Assembly (NCBI RefSeq): GCF_964188315.1
Contig: NC_135663.1
Span: forward strand, 19,530,001 to 19,594,000
Source: Podarcis muralis
Lineage: Eukaryota
Direction: 5' to 3'
DNA: 64,000 nucleotides
A program made the position numbers and the translations under genes. The notes below the pieces were generated by a model that saw only the letters and a program-made list of their open reading frames with translations, was not told where the DNA came from and did not search any database. Positions 12,485 to 24,125 of the stretch are shown piece by piece (the first letter of the stretch is position 1; each line of letters opens with the position of its first letter).

Positions 12485-13460
12485 AGTTTGAACTGGCAGG
12501 TGACTGACAGGAGTTGTGGATAGCTTGATGAAAATGTCAAGCCCTTGTGTGGCAGCTGCAAAAACAGCAAATTCAATGATTAGCATCACATCATTAGGAA
12601 AGGAATTGAAGATAAAACTACCAATATCATAATGCTGTTATACAAATCTGTGGTGTGACCACATTTGGAAATCTGTACAGTGGTACCACGGGTTACAGAC
12701 ACTTCAGGTTACAGACTCCGCTAACCCAGAAATAGTACCTCGGGTTAAGAACTTTGCTTGAGGATGAGACCAGAAATCGTGCTCCGGCGGTGCGGCGGCA
12801 GTGGGAGGCCCCATTAGCTAAAGAGGTGCTTCAGGTTAAGAACAGTTTCAGGTTAAGAATGGACCTCCGGAACGAATTAAGTTCTTAACCAGAGGTACCA
12901 CTGTATACAGTTCTCGCCACCACGCCTCAAAAAGGATATGGTAGAATTCAGGGGAGGGATCAAAAAATGGAAAACTAAAATTATCATGGAGGTGGAACAA
13001 TTCCTCTATGAGGAAAGCTTATAACATTTGGGGTTTTTAAGTTTACAAAAAAAGGACACATGAGCAATAGAGAGCATAACAGAGGTGCATAAAATTATGC
13101 ATGATGTAGGGAACATCTTTCGCCCTCTTTCATAATACTAGAACCCTAGTGCATCCGATGAAACTATGTGTTGAAAGATTCAGGATAGAACATAAGGAAG
13201 TAATTCTTAATGCAGCTCATATTTAAAACTATGGAAGCTATAGTTATGGTCACCAAGTTGAGTGGCGTTAAAACATGGGTTAGACCAAGTGTCAGTGGAG
13301 GCAATATATCTCTGAATACCAGTTGCAAGAGAGCACAAATAAGGAGAGTGTTGTTGTGCTCACGTCCTGCTTGTAGGCTTTCCAAAGACACCTGATTAAC
13401 CACTGTGAGAACAGGAGACTGGATTAGATGGGCCTTTGGTCTGGGGTCCAGAAGGATTCG
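12485..13460 (+). mobile_element. Old CR1 LINE ORF2 3' part and tail, interrupted by a MITE
   Basis: Degenerate YKSVV.PHLE|..QF.PP.LKKD..E RT C-terminal motif that continues across the MITE, followed by a GGATTAGATGGGCC-type tail. Confidence 0.7.
12678..12903. mobile_element. Tc1/mariner (Tigger/pogo-like) MITE
   Basis: TIR CAGTGGTACC / GGTACCACTG with a TA TSD on both sides. Confidence 0.9.
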
Positions 13461-13899
13461 TAAGTTCTTAAAATAGCCGGATCTTTAGTATAGTCAACTG
13501 TGGACTTAACTGGCAGCCTAAGTGACTAAAGCAGCCCACTAGACTAGAAGATAGGATTCAAGCAACCTGTTTGGAAGCGTCAATGTTTTGTTTACTGAAG
13601 TAAGAGAAGCTGTGGAAGGCAGACAGACAGAGGCTTTACTCCACTCTACTGGAACAAATAAGATGGGACTTATTATAAAATCATCACACAAATGGTGGAA
13701 GAAAATATTTTCTTAATACAGTGCAACTTTTTAAATATTGGTATTACAATTGCTGCTTCTCTGGTTATCGATTCTCTTGATGTTCCCCATAACGTTTTTC
13801 TTTCCATGCTTCTATTCATGAAAGATCCCTACTATCATTAAATATCCCTTTTGAAGGAAACATTATTTTTTATAGTTAATAAGTTTTCTTATCGTTCTG

Positions 13900-14900
13900 C
13901 CTTTTAATGTAGCCACAGGCATTTCAGCATCCTCAAAACTGAATAGTGTTGTCAATCACAATCTCTTCTATGGTATACAGTGCCTTGCAAATACAGATTT
14001 ACAGTGTTTACTTGAGATGTTCTCAGGCAAGCATATTTCTTTCTTTCCCTTTAGATATAAATAAATCCATTACCAGCTTCTGCCAGTGTCTCAGTGGTAT
14101 TGCTGAAGTGGGAAGGTTCTGAAGGTTTGACAAGTCCTGAATTTTGGCATATATGCCTCTCTAGCAGACTGCCTCACAAACCCTTCATTTATGTAACTCA
14201 TTCCTGTGGTGACTTTCATTTCATTACTTATTTCTTTTTGCCTTTTTTGTAACAGAATTCTGTCTTTAAAAAAAAAAAAAATTAGGCCATCATGTATACA
14301 TAATTCCCCTCCATAGTTCCAATAAGCTTAGACCTCTTGAGCCTTCATGCTTGTATCAGATAAAATCAATCAGGGTCTTTCCTGCAAAATACTATTTTTA
14401 TATCATTTTATATCGTTTATATCGTTAAACATTCTTTTCATCTGCAGTTGCTGGTAGAAATTCATTTAATTTTGTTTTTTTAAGATTTACAGCATGCTGC
14501 ATATAGTAATATCAGACCTCTCAGAGCTTATTCCTTCTCCTAGTTCCATGTAATCCCTTGAAGAGAGCATTAGCATTTGTTAACTCTTTTCTTGTCCAAT
14601 TTTACTTGTAGTTATTAATTCTGCAGCTTTAATAGAGATTTTGGAGCATTACACCATTTGATGAAAACCATATCCAACAGTTTGTGGTCGGTTTCTACAG
14701 TTACTGTTTTTTTGTAGAATTGCATTCATCACAACATGCATTTGCGAAAGTTTCTTTTTCAGTCTGAGCATTGTTCTCTTGGCCGGTTGCGACTATTTTG
14801 GAAGCACATGCAAGAAGATCTGTAGGTTTCCATTTTTCCTGGTGCTCTTCAGAACTTGGTGCTCCCATGCAGTTACTACCATTTTAGTCCTCTGAAAACT
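13900..14900 (-). mobile_element. Highly decayed Ty3/Gypsy LTR-retrotransposon pol fossil (RNase H + integrase)
   Basis: Manual minus-strand translation gives, in order: WKP..ACASK...QENNAQTEKE, VTVETDHKLL (14704-14675), LLKLQ...ANAL, YWNYGGELCIHDGLIF (14324-14280), HWQKLVMDLF (14088-14059), KSVFARHCIP (14000-13971) and IVIDN. There are many stops and frameshifts and no LTRs were seen. Confidence 0.8.
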
Positions 14901-17430
14901 ACAGCCTTAGCATCAGAACTTGTGAGCATGTAGGAAAGCATGCTGAATATTATTAAGCAGACAGGCCTTTGTCCTTCATTCCACATCTTTATAAGAGAGG
15001 CAGGAAGGGGAACAATGATACATGGATCGTCCAAGGGAATTTACTACCTATCCAAGGAGAGCAGTTCAGACACAAAGGTGGGAAACTTGTTGTGGCATTC
15101 ATCCATGTCCATATATGAACTGCAAAAGTTCACTAAAAATATATGCATGCTATGAATAATGTATTGTACGAGCATTCTACTTGAATGTGGCAATGAGGAA
15201 TTAACTTATTTGAAAAACTCATATTTTCAGTTATAAAATAGTTATAAAATACTGTAAAAGATGCCTGCAACTAGAGCTGGATCACAATCAGTGGCTACAT
15301 TCCCACTAAAAGAAAACGTATGTCAAAGAAATAACTAAAAATAATTTGTCAATAGGCTGGTGAATTAGTTCTTGTTTTGTTACAAACTGTATTTGACCAC
15401 CAAATAATTTTCTAGGCAGCATGGCTTCCTTTCTAAGTGCAGTACTATTTAGCTCATATAAAAATGGGGGCGGGGAATAGATGAAGAACTTTTGCTGGAT
15501 CCAAGACTTTACAACATCTGGGATAAGTTAACAACAGCATTTAGTGCCAATCTCAAGGACCATTATCTATACACTGATAGCTGATTTACTTAATAGCGGA
15601 AAAATCAACAGAGATATGAATGTGTTATCCAAGTTAACTCTGAACTCCCTATTCAAGCACTGATAAAATACCAGAGAGGTTCACATCCTGGCAGATTTCG
15701 AGAATGGAGGCTGCTTAATCTCATCTCAGTTTGGCTTAAAATGTCATTGAAGGGAGTGTTTTAAGACATAAGCCGGGCATCCTCTCTCCTAATACATCTT
15801 GTGTGATAAAACCCCACAGCCCTCTCTTGGACAGACTGATGGAAAATAAGCATAGAACTATAGAGTTCTCCTCCACTTCCCCTCCCCTGTTTAAATAAAA
15901 TGGAATACTCAGCATCATTATTCAGCAACATATGGTAGAGACTCGGTGTGACTTCACAGGCTTTCATTATATTCCTTACTATTAATCATAATACAAGGTT
16001 AAGAGATGTTACCCAATCCCCAAAGATGAGGCCCAAGTGTATTTTGATCCCTGACCCTTATCTTTAAAATATTCTTCAAAGGATATGAAATCCCAAGAAA
16101 TGAAAGTGATCACCATCCATTGATTGATCTCAGTGCCATGCCTTAAAGCCTGAGAGAAGGGGAAATAAGGTTTGTGTTTTTCCTTAACAAAACTCAAACT
16201 GCATTATAAAATTCAGAGAAGTGTAAATTCCAAAGGATGCCTGCATTCCAGTTCCAATCTTGTTCTGCAAAGTCAAAATATGGTAGCTTTGACTTTAAAT
16301 GCAAACTGAATCAAACTTCCCCCACATCCCTACTCAATCTCTCCTTCTACACACTGCATAGCTTGCTTTGCACCCTTGTTTCTAAAGGCCAGGCTGTTTT
16401 CCTTCTTTGGCAAATTGTTGTTTGGACTCAGGAAACCATTTCCCCTCCAAGTTGATGCTTTTATCCTCTGCCTGTGTTGCTGTCATGCAGAAAACATATT
16501 TCTGAAGATTTCAGATTAGCTTGCACTATCTTGTATAACACCCCACAACACAAATTCGGTCTGTGTTTTTGTCAGTTCTTCTGTTGTTTTATGGCACAAG
16601 CTCTGGCAGCTCCCTTGCATCTCTGCAGGAATTTGTGTTTTTTTCCCCCAAAACAAAAACAGGAAGGATATTCAGTGGATACAGAATTTTATGATTTATT
16701 TCTCTTCCCATCAATTCATGCATGGCTATTAGGACAAATTATATCTACCAGTATCCATCCATCCATCCATCCCCTGATGCACCATCTAAAAAAGGTCCAT
16801 ACAGCTAACACTTTCTCATTTTGGTAAAAACCGATATCTGGAAGCAATGCTTCAGGCGCAGTGAACGCTCTCACAGGAAGTGCATTACTATAACTGCAGT
16901 CATTACTCATAGAACATTATGTGCATATAAAGCTTCTATAAGCACTGCTCACAAGACTAGTGTCTGTCTTTACAACTTTTCCATAATGCTCATATAAATG
17001 TTCATTGCAGATGAACATTTCACATTTTCATCAAGAGAATTATTGTGCGCAGTGTCGAAGTCAGGCACTCCCTTTTTTACTCTGAGAAGCATGTCTCTAC
17101 AACCCTGTTTTAATACATTATTAATATGCAATTGACTGACTAATCCAGCATTTTCCAATACCTCACAGAATGAAAACAGCTCGTTCGTCATGCTTAACTT
17201 CTTCACATTTAGGTCACCGAAAAGGTCAGCAATATTATAAACGTGACTTGAAGTTCTCTACTCCAAACACTGACTTTTACATGAGAATGACATCTGCCTT
17301 GCAGGTTTCAGATAGCTCCCTTTATCAACCCCACAGCTCCTGTAGAATTACACCGAGATCAGCACATATAGGTCCCTGCATTCAGTCACAGTAAACATGT
17401 TGCAATGTTCGACAAAGCTGAAATTCTAGG

Positions 17431-17531
17431 GTGGTAGTCAACTAAGTTTTACTCAGAGTAGACTCACTGAAATTAGTCAGGCCCATTAATTTCTGTAGGT
17501 GCACTCTAAGTAAAACTTAGTGGGCTGCCAC
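17431..17531. mobile_element. About 100-bp palindromic MITE-like element
   Basis: GTGGTAGTCAACTAAGTTTTACTCAGAGT ... ACTCTAAGTAAAACTTAGTGGGCTGCCAC form imperfect inverted arms of about 29 bp. Confidence 0.65.
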
Positions 17532-18419
17532 TCCCCCCCCCTTTTTTTAAGTTGACTGCTAACTGCACTAATCATTTCATCAAATTCAGAGAAAAACATA
17601 TCTTCAAGTCTGCTAATATGTAGCCAAATCATTTGGTGTGTGTTTATCTTTATTTATGTGCTGCAGCATAAATATTTTGATTAGTGGGCTGCCCTATCCT
17701 TAAGGCTCAGGGTGAATGAAACCTTTGCAAGCGTTACAGATTAAGCAGGGGATGGAAGAAGCCAGTCTCCGCGGAAGGTGGGGTCTCAGGAAACCTAAAC
17801 TGAATAGCAGTGCTCTGATTTCAGTGCTAACCGTGGAAGAAAGGACTGGCCCCCAGGGAAAATACATTGTAGCAAACCTGTAATCTTGAGGCAGCAACAT
17901 ACAATTACCAACACTTGCATAACTCTGTGTGGGACTCATACTCTTTAGTTCCACAGATGCGTGCCATATGAGCTAAAAAGACATTCCACTATGGCTGCAA
18001 ATAGCAGTTGGTCATTATCTTTTAAGATAACTAGTAATTAGAAGGCAACACCATTGAGGCTCTATAGATTCGAAAAGCTGAAACCCATTTAAAAAAAATC
18101 AGGGAGCATGATTTTGGAGTCGGAAGAAGCCAGAACCACTAGCCAAGAACTTACAGAAACCAGTTTTAAAAGTAGTTGGATTCCGCCCATCCTCATATGA
18201 TAGTTTTGAGGAAGAGCTCCACAGAAACTCATTAGGGTTCCTGGCATACGCAATGAGAAGACTTTCCTCCCTTCTATGTTTGCAGCACTGATGTGACATC
18301 GGCTTGACTGCAGGAGTTGCCAGAAAAAGACATACAAGACATACAACATACAAGATAAAAGAGCTGTTCTGCCTGGCCTTTGGTGTGGACTCAGTCTGAC
18401 CCTCATGTTTCCCTCCCTT

Positions 18420-18597
18420 TATGTGATCTACGGGCTACTTTTAAAATGAGGCTGCATTTTAAATTGCATTTTAACCTATATTTTAAATTGGGTTTTCCCC
18501 CCCTAATATGTTTTTACTGTAATTTTTACTGGTGTTAGCCACCCTGAGCCCGGCTCTGGCCAGGGAGGGCGGGGTATAAATAAAATTATGTTATTTA

Positions 18598-18646
<49 letters not shown>
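18420..18646 (+). mobile_element. L2-type 3' tail ending in an (ATT)n microsatellite
   Basis: ...GTTAGCCACCCTGAGCCC...GGGCGGGGTATAAATAAAA followed by about (ATT)16. Confidence 0.7.
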
Positions 18647-18648
<2 letters not shown>

Positions 18649-18749
18649 ACTGCTTTAGGGACTCCACTTCAGATTTCTGTATGGTTTATTCCTTAGCCTT
18701 TTCTTCTTTCGAAGATGTCCCACAAGGCAGTGGGTATGAATTATTCCTT

Positions 18750-19440
18750 AGGGTTTACTCCCAAAGGCTTTCTCATGAATGAGTATAGGTGCAAGGCAGT
18801 TTAGGGTGAGAGCTTTCCTTCTCCTAGATGGGCTACCTTCTCAGGTTGATGAGCCCCACCTGCCCCTCAACAGCACATGCAGAAACCGCCTTCTTGAGCA
18901 TTGAATCCACTGTTGGTCATAGAATCATAGAGTTGGAATAGACCACAAGGGTCATCGAGTCCAACCCCCTGCCAAGCAGGAAACACCATCAGAGCACTAC
19001 TGACATATGGTTGTCAAGCCTCTGCTTAAAGACCTCCAAAGGAGACTCCACCACACTCCTTGGCAGCAAATTCCACTGTCGAACAGCTCTTACTGTCAGG
19101 AAGTTCTTCCTAATGTTTAGGTGGAATCTTCTTTCTTGTAGTTTGGATCCATTGCTCTGTGTCCGCTTCTCTGGTCTCGTCTGCTGAATCCACAGCAGCC
19201 TACTTTTGCATGCTGGGGATAGATAAGTCCCTAACTCACTGAGGGTTTGAGACCCATCAGCTACCCTCACCTGGTTTAGGTGACTAGTCGAAGCAGTTCC
19301 CTGTGTTGTGACCACTGTTGCATGCTGAGAGTTTCTTTCTAGGAGCCACAGATGAGAGCTGAGTACAGGGTGGGGACCAAAGGTGGACAAACTACACCAG
19401 AAGGAGTACAACAAGTACCTTCTTTTGCAAAAGCAGTTGG
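18750..19440. mobile_element. Older repeat (probably an RTE-clade LINE 5' region), split by a CR1 insertion
   Basis: The host sequence reads continuously across the CR1 (…CCACTGTTGGTC | TCGTCTGCTG…). The family assignment is from memory of similar motifs. Confidence 0.4.
18919..19171 (-). mobile_element. 5'-truncated CR1 LINE 3' end
   Basis: The minus strand reads RRFHLNIRKNFLTVRAVRQWNLLPRSVVESPLEVFKQRLD plus a CR1 tail. Short TSD TGGTC (18914-18918 / 19172-19176). Confidence 0.9.
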
Positions 19441-19817
19441 AAGGCTAACCTGAAATACTGGTAAATGTGTATCGAAACACCTTAGAAACAAATTGCATGT
19501 ATTTTGCTTACTCTTCAAAATATGTGACATTGCAATACTGGTCTGCTAATCTTGCCCACGGTCTTCTGGATATTAACCTTCAAGAAGGGGAAAATGCTGT
19601 TTCTGTCAATAAAGAAAGTGATTTCAGTAGCTCAGCTAAAGTGGAAGCCAAGGGTTAATCCTTTCTGTTAAATATTAGCTACCACCAAAATTCTTCTACT
19701 CTTCAGTGCAATAAACCTATAAATATGTCAAATATGCCAAAAAATAAAAACCCTAAGCACCATATTAACTCCCCTTTCAAAAATGGCCCTATTCAGGGAA
19801 ATACTTAAATTTCACTA

Positions 19818-19902
19818 AGTTACAGTGTGTGCCTACTCGGAAGTAGGACCCATCAAATTCAATGGAACTTACTCCCATGTAAGCATGCACAGGATTGCAG
19901 CC
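19818..19902. mobile_element. Short palindromic squamate MITE-like repeat
   Basis: ...GAAGTAGGACCCAT CAAATTCA ATGGAACTTACTCCC...CAGGATTGCAGCC, with related copies elsewhere. Confidence 0.65.
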
Positions 19903-20582
19903 ACAGTGACTTAGAAAAGTGCATTTGGATGCTAGCCCCCCCATCTTCATTTGATTGGTTCCAGCCTTTCAAAAGTTTTTTTAAAAAAATGTTCAGATAG
20001 CTTCAGTATTTATTTACTTAAAGGAGCCTAGAAGATTTTTTGAACAGAATTCTCTCACTTCTACCACTCAAGAGATCCAGACAGTATTTTTTTGTAGACA
20101 AAAATCAGGGAGGGTGGATGGTTTGCAATATATTGCAGAGCTGTACACTGACATCATTTTATAAACAGAAGAGTACCAAGGTGACCATTACTCAAAATCT
20201 AAACAAGCACTAAGGCATGTAAAATTGCCTTTAAAAAGAAGAAGAATCAACCTGTATACTTGAGACAAATGTTAAATCTTCTAATGAGATATTCAGTAAT
20301 GTCTAGACTTGGGTTTGGGGGCAATAAAACTTCAAGACAAGGTTGAACAATATATAGCACATAAGGGATTGCGGAATCCCTTTAAAAGGCAGTTTCATTT
20401 CCTAGAAAAGTATCTAGTCCTCATGAGCATAGAGTGAGATTTCAAACTATGTTGTCCCAGAAAATTCACATGACTAGTCCCCTGCTGGTATTGATCAGAC
20501 CTAATGAGAAGCTGTCTACCTGGAAGCCCTGAATCTAATAGATAGCCAATGTAATGCAGGACACCACCTATGTTGGCTCAAT

Positions 20583-21388
20583 GTTGTTTAGTCGTTTAGC
20601 CATGTCCGACTCTTCATGACCCCATGGACCAGAGCACGCCAGGCACTCCTGTCTTCCACTGCCTCACGCAGTTTGGTCAAACTCATGCTGATAGCTTCGA
20701 TAACACTGTCCAACCATCTCGTCCTCTGTCGTCCCCTTCTCCTTGTGCCCTCCATCTTTCCCAACATCAGGGTCTTTTCCAGGGAGTCTTCTCTTCTCAT
20801 GAGGTGGCCAAAGTATTGGAGCCTCAGCTTCACGATCTGTCCTTCCAGTGAGCACTCACGGCTGATTTCCTTAAGAATGGAGAGGTTTGATCTTCTTGCA
20901 GTCCATGGGACTCTCAAGAGTCTCCTCCAGCACCATAATTCAAAAGCATCAATTCTTCGGCGACCAGCCTTCTTTATGGTCCAGCTCTCACTTCCATACA
21001 TCACTACTGGGAAAACCATAGCTTTAACTATACGGACCTTTGTTGGCAAGGTGGTGTCTCTGCTTTTTAAGACGCTGTCTAGGTTTGTCATTGCTTTTCT
21101 CCCAAGAAGCAGGCGTCTTTTAATTTCGTGACTGCTGTCACCATCTGCAGTGATCTTGGAGCCCAAGAAAGTAAAATCTCTCACTGCCTCCATTTCTTCC
21201 CCTTCTATTTGCCAGGAGGTGATGGGCCCAGTGGCCACGATCTTGGTTTTTTTGATGTTGAGCTTCAGACCATACTTTGCTCTCTCCTCTTTCACCCTCA
21301 TTAAAAGGTTCTTTTATGCCTCCTCACTTTCTGCCATCAAGGTTGTGTCATCTGCACATCTGAGGTTGTTGATATTTCTTCTGGCAAC
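20583..21388 (-). mobile_element. 5'-truncated BovB (RTE-clade) LINE, RT C-terminal half
   Basis: NNLRCADDTTLMAESEE (YADD->CADD) followed by the ORF GLKLNIKKTK...LCWRRLLRVPWTARRSN...RGRQRTRWLD...KSRTWLND*. It has a (CAA)n tail and a candidate TSD CTCAAT (20577-20582 / 21389-21394). Confidence 0.93.
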
Positions 21389-22109
21389 CTCAATAAGCTC
21401 CAGCAAAAAACAAGAGATGCACCAAGCCTATGTCAGGTCACATTATACACAGAGTCTGGTGGCTGCATTCACCTTAGTGAACCCAAAGAAATCAAGTACA
21501 GAAGTGATTCAGGGGCTAGAGCAGCCTTTGCCAATCCATTGCCCTCCAGGTATTTTGGCCTCCAACTCCAATAGGGCTTAGCCAACATGTAGGCTGAGCT
21601 TATATGGCATACTGAATATATGTGCTCATTATTCCAGAGTAATTTGATCTGATCTCTCCTGGACTTAAGTAGTTGCATAACTGACATTATTAGTTAATTT
21701 ACCTGCCAGAAATACCTATTTCAACTGGCACAATTCTGTCTACCTGACCCATTGGGAACCTAGATTTAACAAGTTCGCTTTTATGCATATGGAGTCGCTT
21801 GTGAAAATAAACTCAGAAAAATTAGCGGGAAAAACAGAGGTAAAATGTTATCATTTCCCTCTTCTTTTAATAATGTTTTCAGTATGCTTACTAACAAATT
21901 ACCAAAAAGTTTACTATTTCAGTTACTGTACCATTGTTAAGACATTTGTATAGTGGCTGCCTTCTTTTTTTGTTTTTCTTGTTGTTTTGGATTCTCTTAA
22001 ATGTATTGTTTGGATGGTTTTTTGCTGTTTTTTTTAATCATACCTTTTTAAAGTTTACTTTTCTAGTGTAAGGAGTCATTTTTTTGCCACCAGTGAATTG
22101 TGTAATCAG

Positions 22110-22193
22110 TGCAGTTACTATATGCTCCTCAAATGTAAATCCTATTGACTTCAATCAGGCTTACTCCCAGGTAATTGGCATAAGGTTGCAGCC
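22110..22193. mobile_element. Short palindromic squamate MITE-like repeat
   Basis: GTAAATCCTATTGACTTCAATCAGGCTTACTCCCAGGTAA...GGTTGCAGCC; same family as 19818-19902. Confidence 0.6.
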
Positions 22194-23958
22194 AAAAGAT
22201 GATAAAAGCAGGATAGGTTTTATGCAGTCTTGTCTCCAAGGTCTCCTGCTTTAGCTTGTTTTCTCCCCCCACAGTCAAGGCTCAGTCTGTCTCTTTCCCT
22301 CCTCTACATGGTTTTCACTTTGCTGTCTTCTGGTTTCTTTTGACAGCCTTGAAGTTTTTCCTAAAGCAATATTTGTCTCTCTTCAACCCTCTCTCTGGCA
22401 TTCCATTATGGGCACCTGCTGCTGATAATTACAGGCCTGTCTCCTAACCACTTCCTCTGTTTTATGTCAAGACAAGAAAGATTCCACCAGTTGATTACAA
22501 ACAACTACCAGCAAAGAGAATGTTGTACACAACCCCTGTGGTAATTATGGAGTTTTGTGTTTACTGAAGTCTTGAACCAAGAGGAGAGGTTTAAAATATC
22601 TTGCCTGAAATAGAATAATCTCTAAAGTATTGTGCTGGTTTTTTTTCATTTAAAAAATTCCCCTTAGTCCTATGGAACTATTAAATATATAGTATACTAT
22701 TTCCCTAGAGTTAATGCATCCTTTAGTAAAAACTGCCCTCAGAACAAAATCTGCCTTCAATAAATAGATTCATTCCTTTCTTTTTTTAAAAAAAAAATGT
22801 AGGGAGTAGTGAAGACTAATCAAAAGAACTTTGTGTTTACTGTATCATTGGCATTCAGAAATAGAATTTTCTTCATAAATATCAAAATATGGCAAATACA
22901 CATTTATAGCATAATATGAAAAAGTTGCAGAAGTTACGAACACAAGAGACTCCTCTTTTTTCAACATATTCAAACTAAACTTTTTCAAAAAAATCAGAAG
23001 AAAAAATAGGATTTCAGTCAGTGGAAAACAGTCTGAGAAATTATATAGTAGAGGTGATGCTATTAGCAACATTGTGTATATTTATTCTGAATGCAAACTC
23101 AAAGCTTTATGGAAACAAAAAGAGTAGAGAAATGCAGGGAATAATTAAGGAAGAGTTTTGGCAACTCTTAGAAAGAGCTCTTGGTTCCTCTGTGGCAGTA
23201 AATTATAACAAAACTGTTATAAGATGGCCAAAAAGTGCCATTTAGCATTGTGGGAAATCTATTTTTAAAAATCTAAAGCTAGAGAAGGAAGGTGCTGTAA
23301 TTTGGTAAGAATAATAATGGACAAATTTAGTCCGAATTTGTCTGATTTTTTTTGAATATCTGATATGAGATGTAAAAAAGAAAAGAAAATGGTGATAGGA
23401 AAAATAAGCAAGCTTTATCAACTGTACTAGAACTGATGATCTGTCTACACTCCCACAATCCTAGCCTGAATGTGTAACTAAACTCTGATAAAGTCTCTTG
23501 CTTGTCTGGATGGAGAATAGAGAGGGGTGTGTGAGGATGTGCAGAAACTGGCCTACTGTCAAATTTTATCTGCTGCTTCCTAACTTTGCCTCTGGCCCCA
23601 GCCACCCCTGGCATGTGGCCCTCAGATGGCTGCCCAGAGGGGAATGCAGCCCTTATTCTTAAAAACATTCTGCACCACTGATGTAGCCAAATATGCTGTA
23701 ACTTTGCAATGTCTTTGTGCCTAATAGTGGCTCCCTATTTTATAAAAGTGGTTTATAAAAGTGACAGCGTGCAAACGAAATAAACTTACCCACGCCAAGT
23801 TAACATGACTGTTGTTGCCTTTACATTAGGTTGCCATTTCCTGTGCACACAGCATAAGCGCTCCATGTGCAAAATGGCTATGAATTCATGGCATGCAAAC
23901 TCTGCATGTGCAGGAATTAGCAATCCAATGACAACTATACAGGCAAGTTTGTTTTTAA

Positions 23959-24125
23959 TACTACTACTACTACTACTACTAATAATAATAATAATAATAA
24001 TAATAATTTACTTATACCCTGCCCATCTGGCTGGGTTTCCCCAGCCACTCTGGGCGGCTTCCAACAGGAGATTAAAAATACATTAAAACATCAGTCATAA
24101 AAACTTCCCAAAACAGGGCTGACAT
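23959..24125 (-). mobile_element. L2-type 3' tail with a compound (TAC)7(TAA)9 microsatellite
   Basis: TATACCCTGCCCATCTGGCTGGGTTTCCCCAGCCACTCTGGGCGGCTTCCAAC... is a typical lizard L2 tail, here in reverse. Confidence 0.75.

Noticed and set aside
20616-21581. Plus-strand ORFs of 171 and 143 aa
   Set aside because: These are antisense shadows of the BovB RT frame.
23780-23800. Minus-strand donor TGG|GTAAGT at 23789
   Set aside because: No plausible upstream acceptor or polypyrimidine tract was found.
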